This document shows positions 23,235 to 35,468 of a stretch of 64,000 nt of DNA, one piece after another. The notes under the pieces are model-generated. The model ran no database searches and was not told where the DNA came from. It saw only the letters and a list, made by a program, of their open reading frames with translations. Positions within the stretch are counted from its first letter, which is position 1, and each line of letters starts with the position of its first letter. The DNA comes from Candidatus Methylacidiphilales bacterium (lineage in GTDB: Bacteria; Verrucomicrobiota; Verrucomicrobiia; Methylacidiphilales; CAZTYG01), in NCBI GenBank assembly GCA_033875315.1, contig JANRJG010000012.1, positions 493-64,492 on the forward strand. Direction: 5' to 3'. Position numbers and translations under genes: made by a program.

Positions 23235-25334
23235 TCACTTGGTCTTCATGACAAAGACGCCATCCCAACTTGCGGGAGGGTGGGCGAGGAGTTCCTGGCA
23301 ACGTTCCAAGTAGAGATGGGGCAACTGGTTGTGCTTCCAACGCGGCAGGATTTGTTGCAAGGCGTCGCACGCTTCGGTGAACCGTCCGGCACGGTAGTCC
23401 CGAATGGCGTGTTCGTAGACGGCCAGCGCTTCGAGGTCGGGATTCTGGCGCAGGATGGTGAAGGTGTCGGCGGCGATGGTTTTGCCCTTCAGGCGGATGA
23501 GGTCCACGGTTTGCAGGGGGAAGGCGCCCCGAACCAGATCTGCCACGGATTGGCCGAGGATGAGGGTGAGGCCGTACTCCTTGGTCGCGCCCTCCAGACG
23601 TGAGGCCATATTCACGGCATCGCCGATGACGGTGAATTCCTTCTTGCGGGTCGACCCCATGTCGGCCGCGATGACCTCGCCGTGGTTCAGCCCGATGCCG
23701 ATGTGGAATTCGCCCTTGCCCTCGGCTGTCCATTTGGCGTTGAGCTTGTCGAGGGAATCGAGCATATCGAGCGCGGTGAAGACGGCATTGCGGGCATCGT
23801 TCTCCTTGCCCGCGCTGGTGACATTGCCCCAGACCGCCATGACGGCATCGCCGATGAATTTGTCCAGGGTGCCGTCGTGGCGGAAGACGGCTTCAACCAT
23901 CTCGGTGAAGTATTCATTGAGTTGGACGACGAGGGCCTTGGAGTCGGCGCTTTCGGTCAGGGTGGTGAAGCCGCGGAGGTCGGAGAAAAGCATGGTGCAG
24001 GGGAGGCGGGTGCCCTTGCGGATCTCGTCGAATTCCTCGGCCCGGTCGAGCATGCTGGCGACGACATTGGCCGAGACGTATTTTTCGAAATTCGCACGGG
24101 TGCGGGCGCGGTCGAGGCGGTCCATGAGGAACTGGTGGAAGAGGCAGGCGGCACCGGAGGTGTTGAAACAGAGGATGGGGGCGATGGCGATGATCATCCA
24201 GCCGTGTTGGCTGTAGAGCCATTGGATGAAGAAGAGGAAAGCGGTGCTGATGAGGGCCAGGCCGAGCACGCGCAGGACGGGCGCACCGACCAGGGCCATG
24301 AGGAGGAATGCGGCCAGACCGCAGGCGGCGATGAGTCCCAGATTCCAGACCGGGGAAGGTTCGCGGATGAAGGAGCCCGTGAGGGCGGCGTTGAGGGCGT
24401 TGGCGTGGACCTCGGGTCCGAACATTTTGGAGAGATAGGGGGTTTGTTGGAGGTCCTGTGTCCAGTTGGCGGCCGGTCCGATGAGCACCATCTTGCCTTT
24501 GAAAAAGGCCCCGTTGTCGTAGTTGTTCTGCCAGATCGATGGGACGAAGATCTCGTAAATGGGACGGTAAGGGAACCCGGTGTTGGGCCCGCCCGCATAG
24601 CGGAAACGGTATTGTCCCCCGTCCCAGGCGGGAATCAGATGGGACAGCCCGGCCTTGTGCAGCGCCTTGGCCGCCAGTGATTCGACCAAAGAACCGTTGG
24701 GCCCGAGGGTGGGGTCCCATTGGCGGTAGGTGACGCGACGGATGACGTCGTCGGCATCCGGGTAAAAATTGACGTAGCCGAGAATGGGCAGGGATTCCAT
24801 GACTCCGCCAATGAGCGTTTCGGACGGGTAGATGTTGATGCGCGCGGATTCGGTGTGGGCGTTGCCGTTGACGATGTTGTAGCCGAGAACGACCTTGTCG
24901 GCATGGCGCTTGAGGGTTTGGGCCAGGATGTCATCGCCGACGCCGGGGTTGGGGAAGAGAAGGTCGACGATGATGGCCTCCGCGCCGGCGGAGGCGAGCC
25001 GCTCGATGGCCTCGGCCCAGACGGCGCGGGACCAGGGCCAGGTGTTGCTCATGGACTGGAGCGCGGGCGAGCCCGCCATTTCTTCGGGGAAGGGACGGTC
25101 CTCCTTCTGTTGGTCGAAGCCGAGGAAGACAACGCGCGGGTCGGTGGGAGCCGGGAGTCCCTGGCGGAGTCTCACGTCTTGCAGGCGCCATTCTGCTCCC
25201 GTCATCGGGGAGACGAAATCCTCCGAAACAGTGGTTTCGCCAAAGTAGTAAAGGGCGATCCAGAAGAGCGAAAAACCGGCACAGAGGGCCCCGCAGGTGC
25301 GGAGGGAGTGGGCGCGGGTTTTTCCGACGGACAT
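23235..25334 (-). CDS. CHASE2 sensor / class III adenylate (guanylate) cyclase with a C-terminal TPR-like tail
   Basis: 699 aa. It has an N-terminal TM, an extracytoplasmic CHASE2-type domain of about 300 aa, 3 TMs and a cyclase homology domain (LFSDLRGFT, TLDKFIGDAVMAVWG, FTVIGDAVNMASRLE). The Lys...Thr substrate pair suggests a class IIIb adenylate cyclase. Confidence 0.85.
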   Translation of the reverse strand: MSVGKTRAHSLRTCGALCAGFSLFWIALYYFGETTVSEDFVSPMTGAEWRLQDVRLRQGLPAPTDPRVVFLGFDQQKEDRPFPEEMAGSPALQSMSNTWPWSRAVWAEAIERLASAGAEAIIVDLLFPNPGVGDDILAQTLKRHADKVVLGYNIVNGNAHTESARINIYPSETLIGGVMESLPILGYVNFYPDADDVIRRVTYRQWDPTLGPNGSLVESLAAKALHKAGLSHLIPAWDGGQYRFRYAGGPNTGFPYRPIYEIFVPSIWQNNYDNGAFFKGKMVLIGPAANWTQDLQQTPYLSKMFGPEVHANALNAALTGSFIREPSPVWNLGLIAACGLAAFLLMALVGAPVLRVLGLALISTAFLFFIQWLYSQHGWMIIAIAPILCFNTSGAACLFHQFLMDRLDRARTRANFEKYVSANVVASMLDRAEEFDEIRKGTRLPCTMLFSDLRGFTTLTESADSKALVVQLNEYFTEMVEAVFRHDGTLDKFIGDAVMAVWGNVTSAGKENDARNAVFTALDMLDSLDKLNAKWTAEGKGEFHIGIGLNHGEVIAADMGSTRKKEFTVIGDAVNMASRLEGATKEYGLTLILGQSVADLVRGAFPLQTVDLIRLKGKTIAADTFTILRQNPDLEALAVYEHAIRDYRAGRFTEACDALQQILPRWKHNQLPHLYLERCQELLAHPPASWDGVFVMKTK

Positions 25335-25352
25335 CGGCGGGCCTTGGCTTGA

Positions 25353-25838
25353 TCAGTCGCGGAAATTGCCGAAACCGACACCGACGGGAAGTTCGGTGGC
25401 TCGGAGCCGTTGGATGACTTCCTGGAGGTCGTCACGGTTCTTGCCGGTGACGCGGATCTTGCCCTCCTGGATCTGGGCCTGGACCTTCAGACCGAAGCCC
25501 TTGATGATCTGGACGACCTGTTTGGCGGTTTCGCCCTCGAAGCCCTGTTTGATTTTGATTTCCTGCCGGGCGCGTCCCACGCTGGAGGTCTCGATTTTCT
25601 GGTGGTCCATGTTCTTCAGGCAGATGTCGCGCTTGGCCAGTTTGCCCATGAGCATTTGGTCGAGGGTTTTCAATTTGAATTCATCGTCGGCGCTGAGGAC
25701 GAACTTGTCCTTTTCCTCCTCAAGCTCCCAGTTCACCCCTTTGAAGTCGAAGCGGGTCAGGACTTCCTTGCGGAATTGGAGGGTGGCGTTTTTGACTTCG
25801 GCCATGTCGACTTCGGAGGAAACATCAAAGGAGGGCAT
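25353..25838 (-). CDS. yajQ: YajQ-family nucleotide-binding protein
   Basis: The internal ATG at 25838 gives a 161-aa protein, MPSFDVSSEVDMAEVKNA...KIRVTGKNRDDLQEVIQ, that is colinear with YajQ/UPF0234. It ends 18 nt before the cyclase ATG. Confidence 0.85.
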   Translation of the reverse strand: MPSFDVSSEVDMAEVKNATLQFRKEVLTRFDFKGVNWELEEEKDKFVLSADDEFKLKTLDQMLMGKLAKRDICLKNMDHQKIETSSVGRARQEIKIKQGFEGETAKQVVQIIKGFGLKVQAQIQEGKIRVTGKNRDDLQEVIQRLRATELPVGVGFGNFRD

Positions 25839-25938
25839 CCGGAGATTAAAGGCGAGCCCGCGCCCGCCGTCAAAGGAAACGGGAAACGGGCAGCCGGTTG
25901 GCTGGCCGGAAGGGAGGGCGGCCGGATGATGACGGTGA

Positions 25939-26370
25939 TTATTTGGAGAGACCCAAGGCCTGGTTGACGATGGGGGCGATGACTTGGTCGGGCTCGAACT
26001 GGGGGGCGGCGACGAGGATGGCCATTTGCTCCTGCGGGGTGAGGTTGGCGGTGATTTCGGCGACCAGCGGGGTGAATGCGGTGAGGAGAGCCTTTTGTTC
26101 CTTTTCCGGCAGCGCTTGGAAGTCGGCCAAAGTGAGGGGCACGGGATCGGGCTCTTGGGCACGCTTTTGGATGGTTTTCCAAGCGGTGGGGCTGGCTTTC
26201 TGGATGGTGGTCATCCATTGGGCCGGGGTCTTGGTTTTGACGATTTCCCGCAGCAAGGGTGAGAAGGCCGGAGGAAGGGCAGCTTCGGTGGTGGAAGCGG
26301 TCTGCGCGCAAAGCCAGAGGGGTGATCCGAGTAGGAAGGCGGACAGGAAAAGGCAGGGCGGGCGTTTCAT
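25939..26370 (-). CDS. Hypothetical secreted protein (143 aa)
   Basis: The ATG at 26370 gives MKRPPCLFLSAFLLGSPLWLCAQ, a signal peptide. The protein is helical and Gln/Ala/Pro-rich. I recognise no family. Confidence 0.45.
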   Translation of the reverse strand: MKRPPCLFLSAFLLGSPLWLCAQTASTTEAALPPAFSPLLREIVKTKTPAQWMTTIQKASPTAWKTIQKRAQEPDPVPLTLADFQALPEKEQKALLTAFTPLVAEITANLTPQEQMAILVAAPQFEPDQVIAPIVNQALGLSK

Positions 26371-26411
26371 GGATCCAGTCTGGCGCAGGGCAAGCGCATG
26401 GCAAGGGGGGA

Positions 26412-27284
26412 TCAACGGACCAGCTTGGTCAACTCCTTGGGCATCGGTGATTGGAAGGCAAGCCAATCCCCGGTGGCGGGATGGGGGAATTTCAACGAGG
26501 TGGCGTGCAGACCGAGTCGGTGGGCGGGGTTGGTTCTCGATCCGTACTTTTCATCGCCGATGATGGGGCAACCCGCGTCTGACAAGTGGACCCGGATCTG
26601 GTGGCGTCTTCCGGTTTCAAGCGTCAGTTCAACCAGGCTGCGCCGTCCTTTTTCCGCCAGAACCTGGTAGTGCGTGACGGCGTGGCGGGTGAAATCAGTT
26701 GGCGGGTTGACGAAGACCTTGAAGGGGTTGCGCTCGTCGAGGTGGCAGTCGAAGGTGCCGGTTTTTTGCGGCAGACGGCCCTCGATCACGGCCTCGTATT
26801 TCTTCTCCACCCGGTCCCAGCCGGATTGCAGGGTATCCTTGGCTTCGGGGGTTTTGGCGAAGACCATCAAGCCGGAGGTTTCCTTGTCGAGGCGGTGGAC
26901 GATCCAGACGCGCTCGCGGCCCTGGGATTTGCCCTGGCGGAGGTAGTCGGTCAGTTGGAAGTAGGCGGTTTTTTCCTGTTCGCCCATGCTGGCGATGCTC
27001 AAAAGGTCCGGGGGTTTGTCGATGACGAGGAGATGGGCGTCTTCGAACCAGGCCTTCATCCCGGCACCGATGAGTGTTTTGGGGACGGCGTAACGGTCGC
27101 TGCGGACAGCGACGACATCGCCGGGGACGAGGGGGTGGTCGAATTGCGAGGTGGGCCGGCCGTTGACGGTGAGGGCCTGGAATTTGAGCCAGGTGCGGAT
27201 CTGCTTCTTTTTGACCTCGGGCCAGGCGGCAAAGGCATGGTCCAGCAGCGTGGTGGATTCGGTGACGGTGCTGGGTTTGGGCAT
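26412..27284 (-). CDS. RluA-family pseudouridine synthase with an S4-like N-domain
   Basis: HRLDKETSGLMVFAK holds the catalytic Asp motif. Also present are GRRHQIRVHL and an N-terminal S4-like segment, WLKFQALTVNGRP. Confidence 0.85.
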   Translation of the reverse strand: MPKPSTVTESTTLLDHAFAAWPEVKKKQIRTWLKFQALTVNGRPTSQFDHPLVPGDVVAVRSDRYAVPKTLIGAGMKAWFEDAHLLVIDKPPDLLSIASMGEQEKTAYFQLTDYLRQGKSQGRERVWIVHRLDKETSGLMVFAKTPEAKDTLQSGWDRVEKKYEAVIEGRLPQKTGTFDCHLDERNPFKVFVNPPTDFTRHAVTHYQVLAEKGRRSLVELTLETGRRHQIRVHLSDAGCPIIGDEKYGSRTNPAHRLGLHATSLKFPHPATGDWLAFQSPMPKELTKLVR

Positions 27285-27438
27285 GTACTTGTTTTCTAGC
27301 AGTCCGGAGGAACGGGCACGATACGAAATGTGTCCACAATTCCAGTCGCGTGTTCACATTCCGATTGCCGGGCCTCGGCACGGTCCGTGATAATCGGCCT
27401 GGATGGGACTGTCACTATACGGATGTACCTTTCCCGGG

Positions 27439-28446
27439 ATGGAACGGCTTTTGGAAAGCGACGGGATCAAGCCGGTGCATGCCCGGGTGCTTTGGCGGGC
27501 CCTCTACCGCGACCTGGCGGCGGTGGAAGATCTGGCCGACCGGAAGGACTTCCCGGCGCCCTTGCGGTCGTGGTGCCGGGCCCGGGGCTTCGAGGAACGG
27601 ATTCGCATGGCCTCGGCGATTTCCAGCATTGATGGCCTAACACGGAAGTTCCTGCTCAAACTGGAGGATGGGCATGCGGTGGAGACGGTGCTGATGGGCT
27701 ATCCCGGCCGATCGACGGCCTGTGTCAGCACCCAGGCGGGCTGCGCCATGGGATGTGTGTTCTGTGCCACCGGCCAGATGGGTTTTTCCCGCCACCTCAC
27801 GGCTGCAGAGGTTGTCTTCCAAGTGGTGCATGACCAGCGGGTGCTGCAACAGTCGGGGAAGATTGGATTGCGCAATGTTGTGCTCATGGGCATGGGTGAA
27901 CCGTTGCACAACTACGAGGCGGTCATGCAGGCCCTGGAGATCATCACCGACTCGCGCGGCCTGAACCTGGGGGCCTCGCGGATCACCGTGAGCACGGTCG
28001 GCCATGTGCCTGGGATACTGCGTTTGGCGGAGGAGGGGAGGCCCTACCATCTGGCGGTGAGCCTGCACGGGGCCACACAGGAAGCCCGGGCGGCCCTGGT
28101 GCCGGTGGCACGGAAATGGCCTCTGGACGAATTGATGCGGGCCTGCCGCACGTATGCCAAACTAACCAAACGGAGGATCTTCGTGGAGTGGACACTGATC
28201 GACGGCCGTAACGATTCGCCGGAGCAGGCGCGGGAGTTGGCGTCATTGCTGGCCGGTTTGGATTGCCATGTGAACCTGATCCCGTTGAACCCGACCGAGG
28301 GCTACCGGGAGGCCCCGGCTGGACTGTCGGCGGCGCGGGCTTTCCAACGGGTGCTGGCCGATGCCGGTTTGCCGAGTACCGTCCGGCAACGGCGGGGGAT
28401 CGACGTGGCCGCGGGTTGCGGGCAGTTGAAGGCGGCGTGTGGGTGA
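27439..28446 (+). CDS. rlmN: 23S rRNA/tRNA A2503/A37 C2-methyltransferase RlmN (radical SAM)
   Basis: CVSTQAGCAMGCVFCATGQ is the CxxxCxxC motif. Also NVVLMGMGEPL, ISTVG and GQLKA. I prefer the ATG at 27439 (MERLLES). Confidence 0.9.
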   Translation: MERLLESDGIKPVHARVLWRALYRDLAAVEDLADRKDFPAPLRSWCRARGFEERIRMASAISSIDGLTRKFLLKLEDGHAVETVLMGYPGRSTACVSTQAGCAMGCVFCATGQMGFSRHLTAAEVVFQVVHDQRVLQQSGKIGLRNVVLMGMGEPLHNYEAVMQALEIITDSRGLNLGASRITVSTVGHVPGILRLAEEGRPYHLAVSLHGATQEARAALVPVARKWPLDELMRACRTYAKLTKRRIFVEWTLIDGRNDSPEQARELASLLAGLDCHVNLIPLNPTEGYREAPAGLSAARAFQRVLADAGLPSTVRQRRGIDVAAGCGQLKAACG

Positions 28447-28517
28447 TGGAGGGATGGATGGAGGCGGACTGCCGGCGCCGGTTCCGACGGATGGGCCTGG
28501 CGTCCAAAGTGCTAGGA

Positions 28518-28616
28518 GCATTTTGCGTTTGATCTGCTGCTCGTTCTCATACTTTATCTGGTTCGCGTGCTCTTTGAATGAGAGCGAACGAGCACGAAAG
28601 CGAGTAAGAGAAAAGA
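28518..28616. repeat. Family B hairpin element, copy 2 (inverted orientation)
   Basis: GCATTTTGCGTTTGATCTGCTGCTCGTTCTCATACTT...CGAACGAGCACGAAAGCGAGTAAGAGAAAAGAG aligns with the reverse complement of copy 1. Confidence 0.75.
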
Positions 28617-28689
28617 GTTGGCACCACGCCAATCAAACGCAATGCACTCTAGACTGGGAGGGCCTCGTTCTCCCCGACCGCTCAACCGC

Positions 28690-29925
28690 TCAAACTTCGA
28701 GAAGGGCGAGGGCGGGGGTTTCGATCGCTTCCTTGATGCGGACCAGGAAGGTCACCGCTTCTTTGCCATCGACCAGGCGGTGGTCGTAGGTGAGGGCGGC
28801 ATACATGATCGGACGGATTTCCACCCGGCCATCGATGGCCACGGGACGGTCGACAATGTTGTGCATGCCCAGGATGGCGCTCTGGGGCGGATTGACGATG
28901 GGCGTGGAGAGCATGGAGCCGAAGGTGCCCCCGTTGGTGATGGAAAACACCCCGCCTTCGAGGTCGCTCATGGCGATCTGTCCGGCCTTGGCTTTTTTGG
29001 CGTAGTCGATGATGGCTTTCTCGATGTCGGCCAGCGACATTTGATCAACGTTGCGCAGAACGGGGACGAAGAGTCCCTTCTCGGTCGAGATGGCGATCCC
29101 GATGTCGTAGAAATGGTTTTGGACAATCTCGTCGCCTTCAATCCGGGCGTTGATGTTGGGGACCTGTTGGAGGGCGTAGACGGTGGCTTTGACAAAGAAC
29201 GACATGAAGCCGAGTTTGACGCCGTGTTTTTCAACGAAGCGGTCCTGGAATTTTTTCCGCAGGGTCATGACGCCGGACATGTCGACTTCGTTGAATGTCG
29301 TCAGGAGCGCGGCCTGGCGCTGGGCGCTGACCAGACGATCGGCGATTTTCTTGCGCAGCTGGCTCATCTTCCGCCGCGAGGTGCGCCCGGTCGGGCTGGC
29401 GGCGGTGGCGGAGGCGGCGATGGAGACGGTTTCGCGCGGAATGAGGGTCTGGCTCCTGGGTTGCGGCGCGGGGGTGATGGCGGCGGCCTGAAGCTGGGAT
29501 TGGATGTAATTCAGGACATCTTCCTTGATCAAACGGCCGTCTTTTCCGGTGGCGGGGATTTTTGCGGCATCCAGTTTGTTTTCTTCGACCAGCCGGCGGA
29601 CGGCGGGGGAGAGATCCACAGCGATTTCTGATTTCTGATTTTTGATTTCTGATTGGGGGGCGGAGGCTGTTCCTGCCGCCGGAGCCTTGGCGCTCTCATC
29701 GATTTCTGCCACGACCTGGCCCACTTGGATTTCGGCGCCGTCGTTGACCAGGGTTTTGATCGTGCCGGCGGTATCGGCGTAGACTTCGGTGGTGACTTTT
29801 TCGGTTTCGAATTCAAAAAGCACCTCACCGGACTTGACGTAATCGCCGGATTTCTTTTTCCAGGCGCCGAGGACGCCGGAGGTGATGGATTCGCCGACGG
29901 AGGGGACTTTGACAGTGATGGGCAT
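28690..29925 (-). CDS. sucB: 2-oxoglutarate dehydrogenase E2, dihydrolipoyllysine succinyltransferase
   Basis: The ATG at 29925 gives [22 protein letters not shown] (lipoyl domain), followed by the PSBD segment [14 protein letters not shown] and a catalytic domain with [10 protein letters not shown]. Confidence 0.9.
   Translation of the reverse strand: MPITVKVPSVGESITSGVLGAWKKKSGDYVKSGEVLFEFETEKVTTEVYADTAGTIKTLVNDGAEIQVGQVVAEIDESAKAPAAGTASAPQSEIKNQKSEIAVDLSPAVRRLVEENKLDAAKIPATGKDGRLIKEDVLNYIQSQLQAAAITPAPQPRSQTLIPRETVSIAASATAASPTGRTSRRKMSQLRKKIADRLVSAQRQAALLTTFNEVDMSGVMTLRKKFQDRFVEKHGVKLGFMSFFVKATVYALQQVPNINARIEGDEIVQNHFYDIGIAISTEKGLFVPVLRNVDQMSLADIEKAIIDYAKKAKAGQIAMSDLEGGVFSITNGGTFGSMLSTPIVNPPQSAILGMHNIVDRPVAIDGRVEIRPIMYAALTYDHRLVDGKEAVTFLVRIKEAIETPALALLEV
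29623..29657. repeat. Heptanucleotide tandem tract (GATTTCT GATTTCT GATTTTT GATTTCT GATTGGG) inside sucB
   Basis: Seen directly in the sequence. On the coding strand it encodes ..[12 protein letters not shown].. in the flexible linker between the lipoyl domain and the E3-binding domain. Confidence 0.8.
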
Positions 29926-29963
29926 ACAAAAAGGTGTATAGCGGATGGGGAATGGCGGATGGA

Positions 29964-32786
<2,823 letters not shown>

Positions 32787-32916
32787 CAGGTGTGCAGAAG
32801 ATTAAGCCCTCAAACGTGGAATGTCAAATGCCCTTGGTTAAAATAAATACCTGATATTCAATGGTTTATCAATATCGACTTGGTGGGATTAGTTTGGCTA
32901 CTGTGCCTGACGGGAG

Positions 32917-33915
32917 TCAGCGAAATGCGCCCTGAAGGGCCAGGCTTTTCGCAAAATAGGTGATGATGAGGTCGGCTCCGGATCGCTTGATGGCGAGGAG
33001 GGATTCGTCGCGGGTGCGCTCCAGATCCAGCCACCCTTTCTCCGCCGCGGCGTGCAGTTGGGCGTATTCTCCGGAGACTTGGTAGGCCACGAGGGGGAGA
33101 TCAGTGCGGCTGCGGAGTGCGTGCAGGACATCCAGGTAGAGCCCGGCGGGTTTGACCATGAGGAGGTCGGCTCCTTCGGCCTCATCAAGGAGGGCGTCGG
33201 CCACGGCCTGGCGCCGATTGGCGGGTTCAATCTGATAGGTGCGTTTGTCGATGCCATCGCCGTTTTTTTTGCTGCCGACGGCATCACGGAAGGGACCGTA
33301 GTAGGCGGAGGCAAACTTGGCCGCATAGGCCAGGATGGCGGTGTCGGGGTGGCCGGCCTGGTCGAGGGCGGAACGGATCGCGGCGACGCGTCCGTCCATC
33401 ATGTCGGAGGGGGCGACCCAGTCGACACCGAGTCCGGCCTGCAGGACGGCCATGCGGGCGAGGATTCCGACCGTGCGGTCGTTGTCGACCTGTCCCGCCG
33501 CGTTCAGGACGCCGTCGTGGCCGTGCGGGGTGTAGGGGTCGAGGGCCACATCGGCGATCATCACCAGACCGGGGAGGGCGGAGCGGATTTGGCGGAGGGC
33601 TTGGTGGAAAAACTGATCCGGCTGGATGGCCCGGCTGGCCTCATGGTCTTTGAGTTCCGGTGGGACGCAGGGGAAGAGGGCGACGGCGCGGAGGCCGAGT
33701 TGTTCCAGGTCGCGGCATTCGGAGACCGCATCTTCCGGATTGAGCCGGGCCATCCCCGGAAGGGAGGCGATGGGTTCGGGGGGACCGGAGGGTTTGACGA
33801 AGACGGGGGCGATGAGGTCCTCCACCCCGAGGCGGGTTTCGCGTACGAGGTCGCGTACGGCGGGCTTGAGGCGGAGGCGACGGAAGCGGCGGCGGGGCGG
33901 GAAGGCGGCGTCCAT
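32917..33915 (-). CDS. hemB: Porphobilinogen synthase (delta-aminolevulinate dehydratase), Asp-rich (Mg-type) metal site
   Basis: Only the 3' 999 nt of the 841-aa track ORF are real. The ATG at 33915 gives a 332-aa HemB with ADVALDPYTPHGHDGV in place of the Cys-rich Zn site, plus MVKPAG and YQVSGEY. Confidence 0.9.
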   Translation of the reverse strand: MDAAFPPRRRFRRLRLKPAVRDLVRETRLGVEDLIAPVFVKPSGPPEPIASLPGMARLNPEDAVSECRDLEQLGLRAVALFPCVPPELKDHEASRAIQPDQFFHQALRQIRSALPGLVMIADVALDPYTPHGHDGVLNAAGQVDNDRTVGILARMAVLQAGLGVDWVAPSDMMDGRVAAIRSALDQAGHPDTAILAYAAKFASAYYGPFRDAVGSKKNGDGIDKRTYQIEPANRRQAVADALLDEAEGADLLMVKPAGLYLDVLHALRSRTDLPLVAYQVSGEYAQLHAAAEKGWLDLERTRDESLLAIKRSGADLIITYFAKSLALQGAFR

Positions 33916-34011
33916 GGGTGGACCAATAAACCATGATCCATGCGCAGGGCCAAGCGCTATTGCAAATGGCGGTTGTCGCTGTGGGGCGTTCCCGCTAGTT
34001 TCCTCCCTTCG

Positions 34012-35418
34012 ATGAAGGACTTGGTTTTGTACGACACGGCATCGCGGACCGCGCGGAAGGTGGAAGCTTCCGACGGAAAGAGTGTGCGCATCTATTGCTG
34101 CGGTCCCACGGTCTATGGACCCGCCCACATCGGGAATTTCCGGACCTTCATCATGCAGGATGTGCTGCGTCGCACGCTGGAGGTGTTCGGGCACCGCACG
34201 ACCCATGTGCGCAACCTGACGGACCTGGACGACAAGACCATCCGCCAGAGCCAGGCCGAGGGACGGACGTTGACGGAATTCACGTCGCACTGGCGCGACC
34301 GTTTCCATGCGGATTGTGCGGCGCTGAATTTGTTGGCCCCACATGTCGAACCCAGTGCGGTGGGCCATATCCCCCACCAGATCCGCATGATTCAAGATTT
34401 GGTGGCCAAGGGCCATGCGTACGTCTCCCAGGGATCGGTCTACTTCAAAGTGGAATCGTTTCCCGACTACGGCAGCTTGTCCCGTCTGAAGGAACGCGAG
34501 GTCATCACCGGGGCCTCGGGTGCGGCCAGTGTGAATGCGAACGCGGGCGTAAGTGGGGCGGTGGAGGATGCGGACGAATACCAACGGGAGACGGCCGCGG
34601 ATTTCGTTCTTTGGAAGGCGCGCAAGACGGAGGATGGACCGAATTTCTGGCCCAGTCCCTGGGGCGACGGTCGTCCCGGCTGGCACCTGGAATGCAGCGC
34701 CATGGCGCGGGAGTATCTGGGTTGCGACATCGACCTGCACTCGGGCGGCATCGACCTGATTTTTCCCCACCACGAGAATGAAATCGCCCAGAGCGTTTGC
34801 GCAACCGGTTGCGGGTTTGTCCGGCACTGGTTCCATGGGGCCCATCTCACGGTCGACAAGCAGAAGATGAGCAAGAGCCTGGGCAATCTCTTCACCCTGG
34901 CCGATGTACAGGCCAGGGGGTTCACCGCGGCCGAACTGCGATACGTCCTGCTTTCGGGGCATTACGGCAAGCCGTTGAATTTCACCTGGGACACCTTCAC
35001 CGCGGCGCGGAGTGCCCTCGGACAAATGGCGCGTGCTGCGGCGCGGATCGGTAGCGCCGGAGAGTCCGCGACTCCGGTGATCGGCGGGCGGATGGCCCCC
35101 GTATTCGAGGCCCTGGCGGACGACTTGAATACGCCCAAGGCACTGGGGGCGTTGTTTTCCGTATTGGACACATTGCAGGCGGACGACGCGGAGGCATTCT
35201 CCACTTTCTTGGGGGCCACCGGCATCCGCCTCGATCAGGCCCCGGTTTCGGCGCAGATCGAAATTCCCTCGGAGGTGAAAAGCCTGGCCGAGGCCCGGTG
35301 GGCGGCGCGCTTGTCCAAAAATTGGGCCGAGTCCGACCGGTTGCGCGATGAACTCAAGGCGAGGGGTTGGGCGGCCAAGGACGGGAAAGAGGGCTACACA
35401 CTGGCCAGGATAGCTTGA
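34012..35418 (+). CDS. cysS: Cysteine--tRNA ligase
   Basis: The ATG at 34012 gives CGPTVYGPAHIGNFRTF (HIGH), GWHLECSAM and KMSKSLGN. Confidence 0.95.
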   Translation: MKDLVLYDTASRTARKVEASDGKSVRIYCCGPTVYGPAHIGNFRTFIMQDVLRRTLEVFGHRTTHVRNLTDLDDKTIRQSQAEGRTLTEFTSHWRDRFHADCAALNLLAPHVEPSAVGHIPHQIRMIQDLVAKGHAYVSQGSVYFKVESFPDYGSLSRLKEREVITGASGAASVNANAGVSGAVEDADEYQRETAADFVLWKARKTEDGPNFWPSPWGDGRPGWHLECSAMAREYLGCDIDLHSGGIDLIFPHHENEIAQSVCATGCGFVRHWFHGAHLTVDKQKMSKSLGNLFTLADVQARGFTAAELRYVLLSGHYGKPLNFTWDTFTAARSALGQMARAAARIGSAGESATPVIGGRMAPVFEALADDLNTPKALGALFSVLDTLQADDAEAFSTFLGATGIRLDQAPVSAQIEIPSEVKSLAEARWAARLSKNWAESDRLRDELKARGWAAKDGKEGYTLARIA

Positions 35419-35468
35419 AGAGGGCGCATTGACCTCTGTCACCGGTCCCCTCTAAACTTTTGTCATCT

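Noticed and set aside
29623-29657. The heptamer tract in sucB as a phase-variation (slipped-strand ON/OFF) switch
   Set aside because: The units are imperfect (one GATTTTT, one GATTGGG) and the tract has only 4-5 units. The gene is a core TCA-cycle component, which makes contingency switching implausible. I kept it as a repeat-recruitment observation only.
33916-35442. The upstream two-thirds of the 841-aa minus-strand ORF 32917-35442
   Set aside because: Only the 3' 999 nt encode HemB, starting at MDAAFPP (33915). The remainder is antisense to cysS and has no protein-like features.
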